Of a stretch of 64,000 nt of DNA, positions 34,196 to 44,443 are shown piece after piece. Location: the NCBI GenBank assembly GCA_019873645.1, contig JAIOAX010000022.1, forward strand, positions 20,599-84,598. Direction: 5' to 3'. Below the pieces are notes generated by a model. It was not told where the DNA came from. It saw only the letters and a program-made list of their open reading frames with translations, and searched no databases. How positions within the stretch are numbered: position 1 is the first letter of the stretch; each line of letters begins with the position of its first letter. This stretch comes from Chloroflexota bacterium (GTDB lineage: Bacteria; Chloroflexota; Anaerolineae; B4-G1; SLSP01). The translations under genes were made by a program, and so were the position numbers.

Positions 34196-34960
34196 ATGAG
34201 TGTGGCGCTTGATTTCTACGTACAGCGGGATTCCTGGTTGCACCGGCTCGATCCACGGGTCAAGCTATGGGGGATGCTGTTAGGATTGATCACAGTGTTT
34301 GTAGCGCCGCATCTGGAGGTTCAAATAGCGTTGTTGATCGGCCTGCATGCCCTGCTATTGTGCAATCACGTCCCGTGGGCGGTGCTGGGCCGTCTATGGC
34401 GGCAAATGGCGTTGTTGATCGTGTTGATTCTGGTCTTGCAGCCGTTTTTCGCGCCCTCCGGTACGCTCCTCGTGGCGTTGGGGCCGCTGCGCCTGACAAG
34501 CAGCGGACTGCTGGAGGCAGCCCGACTGGCGACGCGCGCGATGGTCATCGCGTTCACCGTGGGCGCGCTGCTTTTCACGACCGATCAGCGCGCGCTGGTC
34601 CAGGCGTGTGTACGTCTGGGATTGCCATACACGTGGGGTCTGACCTTCAGCCTGACGCTGCGTTTCCTTCCGGCGATTCAGCAGCTCTTTGTGACGGTGC
34701 GTGAGGCGCAAGTTGCACGTGGTTGGGTCGCCGAAGGCAATCTCTTCCGGCGGCTGCGCGAGTATCTGCCCGTGCTGGTCGCCGTCATCATCGGCACATT
34801 GCGGATGAGCGATCGGTTGACGTTGGCCCTGGCAGCGCGGGGTATGGCCGGGTCCACGCCACGCACCGTCTGGCGTGACCTGCGGATGCGCCCGGCGGAT
34901 TGGGGCGCATGCTTCGGCATTACTCTGGCGTTTGGCGTATTGTTGCTTTGGGGTATTTAG
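34196..34960 (+). CDS. ecfT: ECF transporter transmembrane (T) component
   Basis: CbiQ/EcfT pattern: HRLDPRVKL, multiple TM helices and ARG-type coupling motifs (QVARGW, LAARGM). Confidence 0.8.
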   Translation: MSVALDFYVQRDSWLHRLDPRVKLWGMLLGLITVFVAPHLEVQIALLIGLHALLLCNHVPWAVLGRLWRQMALLIVLILVLQPFFAPSGTLLVALGPLRLTSSGLLEAARLATRAMVIAFTVGALLFTTDQRALVQACVRLGLPYTWGLTFSLTLRFLPAIQQLFVTVREAQVARGWVAEGNLFRRLREYLPVLVAVIIGTLRMSDRLTLALAARGMAGSTPRTVWRDLRMRPADWGACFGITLAFGVLLLWGI

Positions 34961-35101
34961 TCCATCGTGGTGGCAACTCTGCATTGATTAGCGATGCTTG
35001 CAGCGGATCGTCAGATCCGCGGTTGATACAAGTTCCCCTGTGAGCAATGGGAGAGCGATTTAACCATTGCCTCTATTGGGGCTTATGCTATACTTTTGCC
35101 T

Positions 35102-36061
35102 ATGGGTTATAAGACGCTTTTGATTTACAATCCGACGGCCGGGCCATGGGATATGACACGCACGCTCAAACGCCTGGCCGATTATCTGCAAACCACCGGT
35201 TGGCAAATCGAACTGGTGCAAACTCAGCAGGCCGGTGATGCGACCCGCTATGCCCGTCAGGCAGCCGCGCAGCACACCGACATCGTATTGGTCGCCGGTG
35301 GGGATGGTACGATCAACGAAGCGGTCAACGGCGTCGCCGGTACGAATACGGTCTTAGGTCTCGTCCCTGTAGGTACCGGCAACATCCTGGCGCACCAACT
35401 GCACATGCCGATCCTGACGCTGACGGCGCCCTTGTACGTGCGCAAAGTGGGAGAGGCGCTGTGTGGAAGCCGCGTGCAGCGGGTGGATGTGGGTGTCGCC
35501 AACGGACGGTACTTTGTCTGCTGGGCCGGCCTGGGCCTCGACGCCGAAATCACGATGCACATTGAGCCGCGCCCACGCTACGCCAAGCGCTTGCGCACGC
35601 TCTCCTACATTATTGCCGGATTTGCCGTCGCCTCCGAGTTTCGCGGGGTGCGCTCGCGCATCGTGATTGAGGGACGTACCTTTCGCACCCGTGCCTTGAT
35701 GGCGTTGGCGAGCAACATTCAACTTTATGCTGCTTTCTTCAACATTGCGCCCCACGCGCGTATGGACGATGGCTTGCTGGACATTTTTGTCTTCAAGGGC
35801 CTGGGATTCCCATACATTATGCGCCATCTGCTGCATCTTTTCAGCGGCACCTACCGCCATGATCCCAAAGTGATGCATGCTCTGGCACGCACGATGCAGG
35901 TGCAGACGATCCCCACGGTCGCCGTGCACCTGGATGGCGATCCATTTGGGGACACGCCGGCCACCATCGGCATTGAACCGGGGAAGCTGCGCCTGTTGAT
36001 TCCCCCACAGGCGCCGGCAAACCTGTTCAGCAAACCGCCGGAACATTTGTCAACGGATTAA
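35102..36061 (+). CDS. Diacylglycerol-kinase-family lipid kinase (YegS/BmrU-like)
   Basis: LLIYNPTAG, VLVAGGDGTINEAVNG and LGLVPVGTGN. Confidence 0.85.
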   Translation: MGYKTLLIYNPTAGPWDMTRTLKRLADYLQTTGWQIELVQTQQAGDATRYARQAAAQHTDIVLVAGGDGTINEAVNGVAGTNTVLGLVPVGTGNILAHQLHMPILTLTAPLYVRKVGEALCGSRVQRVDVGVANGRYFVCWAGLGLDAEITMHIEPRPRYAKRLRTLSYIIAGFAVASEFRGVRSRIVIEGRTFRTRALMALASNIQLYAAFFNIAPHARMDDGLLDIFVFKGLGFPYIMRHLLHLFSGTYRHDPKVMHALARTMQVQTIPTVAVHLDGDPFGDTPATIGIEPGKLRLLIPPQAPANLFSKPPEHLSTD

Positions 36062-36182
36062 ACGGATGAAACGGATTTTAAATTTACCCTTTATGATCTG
36101 TGACGTATTTCGGCAACTTTTACTACCATAACGTTCTAACCTGCCAACGTTCCAACGATTCTCCATTATAAGGAGGTTGACT

Positions 36183-37088
36183 ATGCAATCATTGCTGGAC
36201 TGGGGTATCGCACTGATTTTGTGGCTTCAACGGTTTCATCCGGCGCTGGATTGGCCCTTCAGGGCGTTTACGTTCCTCGGCGACGAGCTGTTCTATTTGC
36301 TCTTTCTGCCTTTCGTCTATTGGTGTCTGGACCGTCGCACCGGAGCGCGGGTGACATTGCTATTTCTCGTCTCTGCCTATGTGAACGCGATAGCGAAAGA
36401 GTTCTTCAATCAGCCGCGCCCGGCGCAGTATAGCTCGCAGGTGTGGGCTTACTCCGACGTGGGCGGTTCTGCCGGACTGCCCAGTGGTCACACCCAAAAC
36501 ACCCTGGCCGTCTGGGGCTACCTGGCGGCAAAAGTCCGCCGCACCTGGCTGTGGATTTTGGCCGGTGTGCTGATCATCTGTGTACCGCTATCGCGGCTGT
36601 ACCTGGGCGTCCACTTCCCGCATGACTTGCTCGGCGGGTACGTTCTCGGCGCGCTGCTGCTTTTCGTTTACCTGCGCTGGGGCGAAGGTGGCGAACGGTG
36701 GATCGCCAAACAATCTCCGGCGCTTCGAGCGGCGCTCGTAGCCCTTATCTCGATTCCCTTGATGCTGATCTTCCCCACCGAGGATGGCGTGACCGGCGGC
36801 GCGACGCTGTTGGGGATGGGTTTGGGCTTTGTGGTCCAGGCGCGTTGGATCGGCTTTGAGGTTGAGGGGGAACTGTGGAAACGGGGCGCGCGCTATGCCC
36901 TGGGTGCAGCCGTGATGATCGGCCTGTGGGCAGGATTGCGAGCAGCTTTTTCCGGTTTGGAGCCGGCGCTGCTTTTCCGTTTCATTCGCTATACGCTGAT
37001 GGGATTCTGGGGGGGCGCGGGCGGCCCGTGGGTCTTCGTGCGCCTGGGACTGGCGCCGGGGTACGCTCAGAAGCAAGCGTCACGTTAA
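36183..37088 (+). CDS. PAP2-family phosphatase
   Basis: KEFFNQPRP, PSGH and SRLYLGVHFPHD are the three PAP2 motifs. SD AGGAGG sits 6 nt upstream of ATG 36183. Confidence 0.85.
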   Translation: MQSLLDWGIALILWLQRFHPALDWPFRAFTFLGDELFYLLFLPFVYWCLDRRTGARVTLLFLVSAYVNAIAKEFFNQPRPAQYSSQVWAYSDVGGSAGLPSGHTQNTLAVWGYLAAKVRRTWLWILAGVLIICVPLSRLYLGVHFPHDLLGGYVLGALLLFVYLRWGEGGERWIAKQSPALRAALVALISIPLMLIFPTEDGVTGGATLLGMGLGFVVQARWIGFEVEGELWKRGARYALGAAVMIGLWAGLRAAFSGLEPALLFRFIRYTLMGFWGGAGGPWVFVRLGLAPGYAQKQASR

Positions 37089-37117
37089 TCCGTTTCATCC
37101 GTTAAATTTGTTGACGC

Positions 37118-38617
37118 CTACTTCCACACCAACGCCAGACGGCTGCGGGTGACACCGTTGAGCGAGGTATACAGGAACGTTTGTCCGCGGATGACGACCA
37201 GGTCCGCATGTCCTATGCCAATGTTGCCCGGCAAATCCACGAGGATGGGGTTGCCGGGATATTTTTCCCAGGGGCCGTCCACGTTTTCCGTCAAACTGCG
37301 CGCTAACCCCAGGCCAAATTGACTATCGCCGGCATCGCCCGGGCCGGGGCCGCGCGTCCCTTCGTAAAGCATGTAGACGCGCTGCCCGATGCGCTGCACC
37401 TCGGCGGAACTGATCGTGCGGAAATCGAAATAGGGATTGGTCTGCGGGCCTTTCTCTTCCGGCGGGCCGTACTCTGTCGCGCCCACGAACAACGGATTGT
37501 AACGGCAGCGGGTCAGATGTTCGCCGGTCGTCGTCACACTGCCAACATAACATCCCATCGCCCCCGGATTTTGGCCCAGGCCGACAAAAACGTACAGCCG
37601 CCCCTCTTCGACAAAGATACCCGGCGGTCCTCCGGCCAGACATTCGTAATCGTACGGAACAAAGGGATGTTGGTGAATGCGCTCCTCTTGCCGGCACGAA
37701 CGCAACCACAGCTTCCAGATGCCGGTGTCGGCGACGCGCTCCGGCATGCTCCAGGTCAGGCCGTCCATAGAACGCCGCAATCGCACCCGTCCCCGATATT
37801 CATAGACCAAAAATAACGTCGTTCCATTGTACGCCAGACGCGGATACTGCTGCTGGTCGGTATGATCCGTCTCCGAAACACAGGGACACGTGGCGCACTC
37901 GAACTGACAGACCAACGGCGTCTCGTGGACGAAAGTGCGCCCGCCGTCCTGACTGCGATAGATGACCACGCAGCCGGGGAACGGCACCGGATTGCCGCAG
38001 CGATCCACGACGCCGGCCGAGGCAGCGCTGGCGTGTACGTAGCTCCACAACTCGCCATTGGACAGCACCAGGGTATCGGATTCACCCATCGGCAGCCCCG
38101 TATCGGCGACATCTACGACGAATTCGGCCCGGCCTTCCCAAAAATCGGCCAATGTGGGATGTCCGTTCGCGCCGGGCATCTCCGGTGCGAGCAGTAGACC
38201 ATCCACTTTTACGGTAGAGTCAGACGTTGGGGCAATGGATGCTTTCGGCGGGAGCAGGGTAGGAGAGGTGGACGGGCGTTGAGGCGACGCGGCCGGCGTG
38301 ATGGGACGCGCGGTGCGTACCGGCGCAAGTTGTGGCGTTGCCGTGGCCGTTGGCAGCGGGCGGAGCCGTGTCGCCGTCGCACGAGGCGTGGGTGTTGCTG
38401 CTATCGCCGGAACAACCGTAGGCGTTGCCGTGCGGATCGGCGCAGAAGCCGGCGTCGCGCTGCGGGAAAAAACGGGCGTTGCTGCGCGCGTCGGCATACT
38501 CAATGGCGCGTCGGCCAGCACAGTCTTATGGGGCGCATTGGGGGCGCATCCTGCCCACAAAACTGTCAACAGCCCCAAGCAGATTATACGGAGAAGAGTT
38601 TGGGCATGTACGTTCAT
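37118..38617 (-). CDS. Secreted BNR/Asp-box beta-propeller (glycoside-hydrolase-like) protein with an A/P/T-rich N-terminal linker
   Basis: Signal or lipobox-like LLTVLWAGC. Asp-boxes SQDGGRTF and SMDGLTWS. The C-terminal propeller pattern GPWEKYPGNPIL resembles 5-bladed GH folds. Confidence 0.6.
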   Translation of the reverse strand: MNVHAQTLLRIICLGLLTVLWAGCAPNAPHKTVLADAPLSMPTRAATPVFSRSATPASAPIRTATPTVVPAIAATPTPRATATRLRPLPTATATPQLAPVRTARPITPAASPQRPSTSPTLLPPKASIAPTSDSTVKVDGLLLAPEMPGANGHPTLADFWEGRAEFVVDVADTGLPMGESDTLVLSNGELWSYVHASAASAGVVDRCGNPVPFPGCVVIYRSQDGGRTFVHETPLVCQFECATCPCVSETDHTDQQQYPRLAYNGTTLFLVYEYRGRVRLRRSMDGLTWSMPERVADTGIWKLWLRSCRQEERIHQHPFVPYDYECLAGGPPGIFVEEGRLYVFVGLGQNPGAMGCYVGSVTTTGEHLTRCRYNPLFVGATEYGPPEEKGPQTNPYFDFRTISSAEVQRIGQRVYMLYEGTRGPGPGDAGDSQFGLGLARSLTENVDGPWEKYPGNPILVDLPGNIGIGHADLVVIRGQTFLYTSLNGVTRSRLALVWK

Positions 38618-38827
38618 CCTGTGGATGCCGGTATTGGTGAAGGCAAGGGTGTTGCGCTAGTACTGCGCGGCATAAATCACTTCCTGGCTAAACAGCTCTT
38701 CAATAGCTCAAAGGGGAACGCCAGTTCCCCGCGCGGTCTTTGACGCGCCTGTTGTGTCTGCCGCGCAGCGTCAGTGCCCGGCATAACGCCGCAAAACCGC
38801 GGATCTGACGATCTGCTTCAAGCATCG

Positions 38828-39817
38828 CTAACCAGGGTAGGATTTCTGCCACGATGTACTAGGGTAGGTCGCCGTTTCCGGCGGTGTAGGAACAGGTGTA
38901 TCGGTCGGTATCGGCGTAGCCGGCTCTTCCGTCGGAGTTGGCGGCTCTAATGTTGGCGTGACCGGCGTCTCCGTCGGTGTTGGCGTAGGCGGCTCCTCGG
39001 TTGGCGTCGGTGAGGGGGGCTCCTCTGTCGGCGTCAATGTCGGCGTCGGTGTGACCGGTTCCTCTGTCGGCGTCAATGTCGGCGTCGGTGTGACCGGTTC
39101 CTCCGTCGGCGTCGGCGTCGGCGTTGGCGTAACCGGCACGGTGGGCGTCACGCTGGCAGTCGGCGTGGGGAATGGCGTCGGCGAAGGTAGCGGCCAGCGC
39201 GTAGGCGTCGGCGGAAGAGGCACAACCGGCGGCAAGTAGAGCGCCTGCCCGATGTAGATTGTGTCGCTGACCAGACAGTTGGCGCGGCGAATGGCCTCGA
39301 CGGTAGTGCGGTAGTGCGTCGCGAGGTTGTAGAGCGTATCACCGCGCTGCACGTAGACAATGCGCCAGGTCGGCGGCGGCCCACAGAGAGATGCCATCGC
39401 CGTGGGGGTCGCAAAGGCACCCGGCGGCAGATAAATCACATCACCAGGATGGATATCTGCCGATCCCAGACAGTTTGCCTGCATCAGCGCGACCACGCTG
39501 CTGCCGGCCGCGTTCGCTAACAGCGAGAGGGTATCGCCGGCCTGAATTTCGTAAGGGCGCCAGCCGGTGGGATATGGACAGGGTGTGGGGGTGGCCGACG
39601 GCGTTGGTGAAGCTATCGGGGTATACGGTGCGCCGGGCGTCAGCGGAACCAGTGTGGGATACAACGTTGTCGTCGGCAACTGCACCGTGCGGGGTGGACG
39701 CTGCACCATCAAAGTCGCGTCTACCTGCGCCAGGAACACACTCCCTATCACCATAGCGAGGGAGAGAATGCCCGTTACCAGTGCGCCCATCAGGCGTGGA
39801 AGCGACCGATTTTCCAC
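38828..39817 (-). CDS. LysM-domain protein with PT-rich tandem repeats
   Basis: Two LysM motifs ([13 protein letters not shown]..., [15 protein letters not shown]). The C-terminus has [13 protein letters not shown] repeats, with a direct DNA repeat at about 39030-39110. Confidence 0.8.
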   Translation of the reverse strand: MENRSLPRLMGALVTGILSLAMVIGSVFLAQVDATLMVQRPPRTVQLPTTTLYPTLVPLTPGAPYTPIASPTPSATPTPCPYPTGWRPYEIQAGDTLSLLANAAGSSVVALMQANCLGSADIHPGDVIYLPPGAFATPTAMASLCGPPPTWRIVYVQRGDTLYNLATHYRTTVEAIRRANCLVSDTIYIGQALYLPPVVPLPPTPTRWPLPSPTPFPTPTASVTPTVPVTPTPTPTPTEEPVTPTPTLTPTEEPVTPTPTLTPTEEPPSPTPTEEPPTPTPTETPVTPTLEPPTPTEEPATPIPTDTPVPTPPETATYPSTSWQKSYPG

Positions 39818-39818
39818 G

Positions 39819-42527
39819 CTATACCCTCGTCTTCTTGGTCTCGGTCGGCAGAATAAAGTTGAACGTGCTGCCGACGTTAAGTTGACTCTCTACCCAAATG
39901 CGTCCGCCGTTGGCCTCGACCAGCGTCTTGGCTACCGCCATGCCGACGCCGGTTTCCCCCATCCCCTGGACCAGCGGCTGGGTGGCGCGATAGAAGCGGC
40001 GGAACACGCGCGGGTAGTCCTCCGGTGCGATCCCGCCACCGGTGTCACGGACGGCGATCCGGACGAACTTTCCGGCCTTCGCCGCGTCATCCTCGCGCGC
40101 GTTGATAACGACCTCTGTGCCTTCTCGGGAACACAGGGCCGCGTTGGAGATCAAACGGAGCAAAATCTGGTACAGGCTGTCGCGGTCGGCGCGCACGGGG
40201 GGCAGCTCAGGCGGCAAATCCAGCCGCACGGCCAGTTTGCGTTCGCGGAAGCGTGCGGCCAGGCCCATCACGGCCTCCTCAATGATCTCGATAAGATTGA
40301 CCGCTTGCGGGGATAGCTCAACAGGGCGGCTATCGGGGGAAGCCGTGCGCACTAAATCGTTCAGCAGATGGTTCATCTGCTCAATGTTGGCTTTGACGCG
40401 CTCCAAAAACTGCTGCTGCATTTCCGTCAGGATGCCGGCCTGTTCGCCCAACAGCAGGTCGGTGTAACCGGTGATGGAGGTCATGGGGGTGCGTAATTCA
40501 TTCGCCAGCCCCACAATGGCCTCCTGACGCTCGGCCTCGCTTTCCGGGGTGCGTAAGGTGATCGCCAGCCCGTCTGGTTGTCCATCACGCCCCACCAACG
40601 TCACCAGATCGGCCTCGATGGTCACCTGCTCCACCGTCAGAGTCAGGTGCGCGCGCTTCAAACCGTTGGGGACGTCGCGAACCAGGAGCGCGTCCACCGT
40701 CTGCGTCCAGCGGGGATCGGGGTAAACGCCGTTGATGGGGAAGCCGGTGACATCGCCATGCGGAAGGTGCAGCAGGCGGCGCGCCACCGCATCCGCCATC
40801 GTAATCTGTCCGTAAGCATTGGTAACGAGCAAACCGACGGTTGCGCCGTTGGCAGTTTTCTTGGCATCGGCGAGTGCTCTCTCGGCCGCATCTAATTTCT
40901 CTTGCAGCGTGGCACATTCGGTTTGCAGCAGGGCATGCGTTTCGGTGAGCGCCTCCATCTCGGTTTTGAGGTTGGCGAGTTTGTCGGCGAGCAGGCTCTC
41001 TTCGTGTAACAGGACCTCCCGATCCCGCGTCAACGCCTGGACCTGGTTTTGCAACGCTTCCCGTTCCTTGACCAGCTCCTGGACTTCCTCCTGCCAGAAG
41101 TTGATCTCCGTTTCGCTCAGCCCTGGTGATTGAGCGGCTAACTCCTGGTTCAACTGGAGGATTTCTTTCTCACGGGCTTGCAGTTCTTGCGTCAGTGCCG
41201 CAAGCCGGCTTTGGAGCGTCTGCGCTTCGGTGCGCGCCTCTTCCAACGCACTTTCCAGCTTTTGGCGTTCCGTATCTTGCCCCCGCAGACGTGACAAAAA
41301 TGACAAGTCCTGCGTTTGCTTGCGCGCGCGCGCGACAGAAGTAGCAAACAGGGTCGCCACTAGTTGTTGCAGGTTAAGTGACTCTTCGGACCAGGGCTGC
41401 CGATGCTCCAGATTGGCGAGCAGCAACAAGCCCAGGGATTCGTCCTTGTGGGCCAGCGGCACGACGCTGAGCGGCGCGACTTTCTGAATGCCCAATTTAT
41501 TGTACAGCGCCGTCAGCCAGAGTGTTTGCGCCGTCGGTTTTACGACATGAGCATGTTGCTGTGTGTAAGCCTCGGCCAGCAGCGGATAGTCGGCAAGAGA
41601 TAGCGACGGCGCTTCGATTTGCGCGGCGTTCGGGGGGTGCAGTGCGACCACTTTGAGCACCGGTGGATCGCCATCGGTGTTTAACGCAATGGCACACATA
41701 TCCACAGCGAGCAGGTTTGCCAGTTTCGATGAGGCGATAATCAACGCCGGGTCCAGGTCACGGGCCGCTTCCACGCCCTGCAGGACATCCTGGAGCGCCT
41801 CGGCGTCGAGGTGAATGCCCTTGGACGGCGGTGTGACCACCGGCGACACCATCTGGCGCTGCGCCAGTACCGCGAGCGCCGGCAGTGTGACCAGCGACGT
41901 AAGGCGTAGCCATCCTGAAAAGTGCATCTGCAGGTCCGGCCAACGCAACTGCGCTGTATGTCCCAGGAGCCAGAAAACACATAGCGCCACCATCCATTCC
42001 CATTCCGGCGGTCGCACCAGCACGGTCAGCGCCAGATATAGCAACAGGAGCGTCAGGGTGAGGACTTCCCAGATTTGCTCAAACAGCCAGCCGTTGAAAG
42101 CCTGATAGGCCGCTTCCCAGGCCGGCCACAGTGCCGCCGTGACGCCGTACAAGACCAGGCTGGCGGTCAAGAGGATGAGCATCATCACCGTCTGCCAGCG
42201 CGCCGGGCGTGCCCCACACAACGTTGCCCACATCACCAACAGTACGCTGGCGAATTCCAACCAGCGTTCCAGGGGGGGCAGGATTTGCGCCGGGTTGAGC
42301 AGCCCCACCGTCCCCAACAGCCCGATGACCATCATCACCACCCGCCCTGATAGCATGCCCCCAATCGCCCACAACCAGCGTCGCGGCAGTGCGGCCTGCG
42401 ACGTGCGGCGGCGAGTGGTTAGCGCAGGGAACACTGCCTGTTGCAGGGCAAAGAGCGTCACCAGGAAATACACCAGATCTCCCGGCGGCTGGGTAATCAA
42501 TCGGATTGCCTCTTGAAGGACGTTCAT
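39819..42527 (-). CDS. Multi-TM / GAF / coiled-coil / PAS sensor kinase-like protein with Asn in place of the H-box histidine
   Basis: About 7 N-terminal TM helices. The HATPase looks intact ([22 protein letters not shown]). The H-box reads [12 protein letters not shown], with the AAT codon at 40501-40503 on the minus strand. Confidence 0.8.
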   Translation of the reverse strand: MNVLQEAIRLITQPPGDLVYFLVTLFALQQAVFPALTTRRRTSQAALPRRWLWAIGGMLSGRVVMMVIGLLGTVGLLNPAQILPPLERWLEFASVLLVMWATLCGARPARWQTVMMLILLTASLVLYGVTAALWPAWEAAYQAFNGWLFEQIWEVLTLTLLLLYLALTVLVRPPEWEWMVALCVFWLLGHTAQLRWPDLQMHFSGWLRLTSLVTLPALAVLAQRQMVSPVVTPPSKGIHLDAEALQDVLQGVEAARDLDPALIIASSKLANLLAVDMCAIALNTDGDPPVLKVVALHPPNAAQIEAPSLSLADYPLLAEAYTQQHAHVVKPTAQTLWLTALYNKLGIQKVAPLSVVPLAHKDESLGLLLLANLEHRQPWSEESLNLQQLVATLFATSVARARKQTQDLSFLSRLRGQDTERQKLESALEEARTEAQTLQSRLAALTQELQAREKEILQLNQELAAQSPGLSETEINFWQEEVQELVKEREALQNQVQALTRDREVLLHEESLLADKLANLKTEMEALTETHALLQTECATLQEKLDAAERALADAKKTANGATVGLLVTNAYGQITMADAVARRLLHLPHGDVTGFPINGVYPDPRWTQTVDALLVRDVPNGLKRAHLTLTVEQVTIEADLVTLVGRDGQPDGLAITLRTPESEAERQEAIVGLANELRTPMTSITGYTDLLLGEQAGILTEMQQQFLERVKANIEQMNHLLNDLVRTASPDSRPVELSPQAVNLIEIIEEAVMGLAARFRERKLAVRLDLPPELPPVRADRDSLYQILLRLISNAALCSREGTEVVINAREDDAAKAGKFVRIAVRDTGGGIAPEDYPRVFRRFYRATQPLVQGMGETGVGMAVAKTLVEANGGRIWVESQLNVGSTFNFILPTETKKTRV

Positions 42528-42620
42528 GATTGACCGCTCCTCAGAAAGTAGTCTGATAGTCCACTTTACTTTGATTATAGAACAAAGAACCGCCGTTGCA
42601 AGGCATCCCCCCAGACGGGG

Positions 42621-42763
42621 GCATTTCAGGATGGAGGCGATTTATTAGCTACGGCAACTAGACGCTGCTCAGGCCGGTCTCCAGACCGCGCCTGCGCAGC
42701 GTCTGATCTCGCTGTGGCGCGGTCAGAGACCGGTCACAGCGGGACTTGCCCCCAAGTTGAAGC
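42621..42763 (+). mobile_element. MITE-like hairpin element (GGCCGGTCTC core), full-length copy
   Basis: GCATTTCAGGATGG ... GGCCGGTCTCCAGACCGCGCC ... GGCGCGGTCAGAGACCGG ... AAGTTGAAGC. A 14-nt restart of the 5' end lies at 42780-42793. Confidence 0.7.
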
Positions 42764-42808
42764 ATCCCCCCAGACAGATGCATTTCAGAATAGTCCTTCC
42801 TAATTTAG

Positions 42809-42973
42809 GGCTATCGCATTTGGAAAACTTTGTCCCGTCGTGCTGTCTGTTGTGCCGCTAAAGCGGCGTTTTTAGGGGGGATTTTGTGGCGGGGCGAAGC
42901 CCCGCCACAAAATCCCCCTTTCCCCGGCCTTTAGGCCGTATTCAGTTGCCGGAAGCGGCCAAATGCGATAGCC
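42809..42973. mobile_element. Second MITE type: 165 bp with 15-bp perfect TIRs, flanking direct repeats and an internal 20-bp hairpin
   Basis: TIRs GGCTATCGCATTTGG (42809-42823) and CCAAATGCGATAGCC (42959-42973). The direct repeat CTTCCTAATTT lies at 42796-42806 and 42977-42987. Internal perfect stem 42876-42895 / 42899-42918. Confidence 0.7.
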
Positions 42974-42985
42974 TTACTTCCTAAT

Positions 42986-43013
42986 TTGACAATTCATTTC
43001 AAGTGCATATAAT
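42986..43013 (+). promoter_or_regulatory. Consensus sigma70-type promoter of cspA
   Basis: TTGACA (42986-42991), a 16-nt spacer, then TATAAT (43008-43013). This predicts a 5' UTR of about 140 nt, typical of cold-shock genes. Confidence 0.6.
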
Positions 43014-43159
43014 CTTTGAGTGTAGGATGTTGCAAGGTTTTAAGTTCGTGCCCTATCGGAAACGCCCGGGCTTACACTTCGGATGTTTCTAACAATATGA
43101 ATTTGAGCCTTGCATAGGAAATACCATAGCAATTTGATTTTGAAAGGAAGAAAGAAGCA

Positions 43160-43369
43160 ATGAGTGAGCGCGAAACTGGTGTTGTCAAATGGTTCAATGC
43201 CGCCAAAGGCTACGGCTTCATTTCCCGTGAGGGAAAGGATGACGTCTTTGTCCACTTTTCAGCTATCCAGGCGGAGGGATACAAAACCTTAAACGAGGGA
43301 CAGCGGGTGGAGTTCTCTGTCGAGAAAGGTGAGAAAGGGTTGCAAGCGACCCGCGTCGTGGCCCTGTAA
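43160..43369 (+). CDS. cspA: Cold-shock protein (CSD)
   Basis: [15 protein letters not shown] (RNP1) and DVFVHFS (RNP2), 69 aa. Confidence 0.95.
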   Translation: MSERETGVVKWFNAAKGYGFISREGKDDVFVHFSAIQAEGYKTLNEGQRVEFSVEKGEKGLQATRVVAL

Positions 43370-43407
43370 TCGAGACGCTCAACTGCCCCAAACAGCAATG
43401 TGATAGC

Positions 43408-43435
43408 AAGAAGGCCATCTCAGGATGGCCTTCTT
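43408..43435. terminator. Bidirectional rho-independent terminator
   Basis: AAGAAGGCCATC / GATGGCCTTCTT form a 12-bp stem with a 4-nt loop, flanked by A and T runs. It lies between convergent genes. Confidence 0.8.
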
Positions 43436-43460
43436 TAAGTTTTAAAAGTTTTAGAGCATA

Positions 43461-43817
43461 TCAGTATTTCCTGCCCCAGTCTTCGTCGCCCCAATCTCGG
43501 ATCGCACCCATAACGCGCCCGGCGACCAATCCAAATACAACCACTACCCCGCCGACAATCTGCGCCCATTGCGCCTGCGCGATGATATTGATGATCACTG
43601 CGACCGCCAAACCGACCAACAGGCCCACGATCATCCACAACCACTTCGCAGGGAGGTCCTGAATCACGGTCCATACGGAGGCTTTCTTGCGGGTGCTGCG
43701 CCGCCGCGCTGCCAGACGCTGCTGGGTAGCACGCACTTTGGCCGTCGGATCGCGGGCGCTCAACTGCTCATCCCGCAAACGCTGTAGACGCCGGATCTCG
43801 TCATCCTGTTGACTCAC
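43461..43817 (-). CDS. Small membrane protein, hypothetical
   Basis: Arg-rich N-terminus followed by two TM helices (WLWMIVGLLVGLAVAVIINII, IVGGVVVVFGLVAG). Confidence 0.5.
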   Translation of the reverse strand: MSQQDDEIRRLQRLRDEQLSARDPTAKVRATQQRLAARRRSTRKKASVWTVIQDLPAKWLWMIVGLLVGLAVAVIINIIAQAQWAQIVGGVVVVFGLVAGRVMGAIRDWGDEDWGRKY

Positions 43818-43893
43818 AGCTTTATCCTCCTTAACGTTGACATCCCTCTGAATGATGTTATCATTGTTGCGTTAGATCGTCAAGAGAGCAACC

Positions 43894-44439
43894 ATGCAAC
43901 GTCTACGTGCCCAGAAGCCGATTTATACCATCCTGATCGCCATCATCGTGGCGACTATACCCTGTTACTGCCTGGGTTTTGTGGCGCTGGCAATGCGTCC
44001 TGCGCCGCCGACAGCCACCCTGACTCCTACACCGACCATGACGCCGCGTCCGGGAGCAACCAATACCCCCTATCTGGTTGGCCCCGGTGAAGGCGGCGTC
44101 AACAAGACTTTGCCGCCTACGCCGACGCAGTGGTTCCCGCCCACACGCACGCCGACTCCCTTGCCCAGTGAGACACCCACCAGCACACCTACACCAACCC
44201 AGACGCCTACCGGCACGCCGCCGCCGACCGATACGCCCACTCCAACGGCAAGTGCTACACCTACTGATACACCGACGTTTACGGTCACACCGACGTTTGA
44301 GGTCCCTACCGATACGCCGACACCTACCAGTACGCCGACGGTTGAAATCCCTACCGACACCCCGACGCCGACGGCCACGCCGACGCTTGAGATGCCCACC
44401 GACACCCCGACGCCGACCGATACTCCCTCAACTCCCTGA
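43894..44439 (+). CDS. Membrane-anchored PT-repeat protein
   Basis: TM helix [25 protein letters not shown] followed by about 130 aa of TPTPT repeats. Confidence 0.5.
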   Translation: MQRLRAQKPIYTILIAIIVATIPCYCLGFVALAMRPAPPTATLTPTPTMTPRPGATNTPYLVGPGEGGVNKTLPPTPTQWFPPTRTPTPLPSETPTSTPTPTQTPTGTPPPTDTPTPTASATPTDTPTFTVTPTFEVPTDTPTPTSTPTVEIPTDTPTPTATPTLEMPTDTPTPTDTPSTP

Positions 44440-44443
44440 AAGG

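Noticed and set aside
38958-39239. Gly/Val-rich plus-strand ORFs (38958-39239, 44070-44459 minus, 1394-1753 minus)
   Set aside because: They are the reverse-complement reading of PT-repeat coding sequence (ACC/CCG repeats read as GGT/CGG), so they are an artefact of low-complexity linkers.
44078-44443. N-terminal extension of about 120 aa on the first M42 peptidase (track ORF 44078-45508)
   Set aside because: The extension is an Arg/Pro-rich alternative-frame reading of the PT-repeat gene 43894-44439. The M42 homology starts at [11 protein letters not shown] (ATG 44444).
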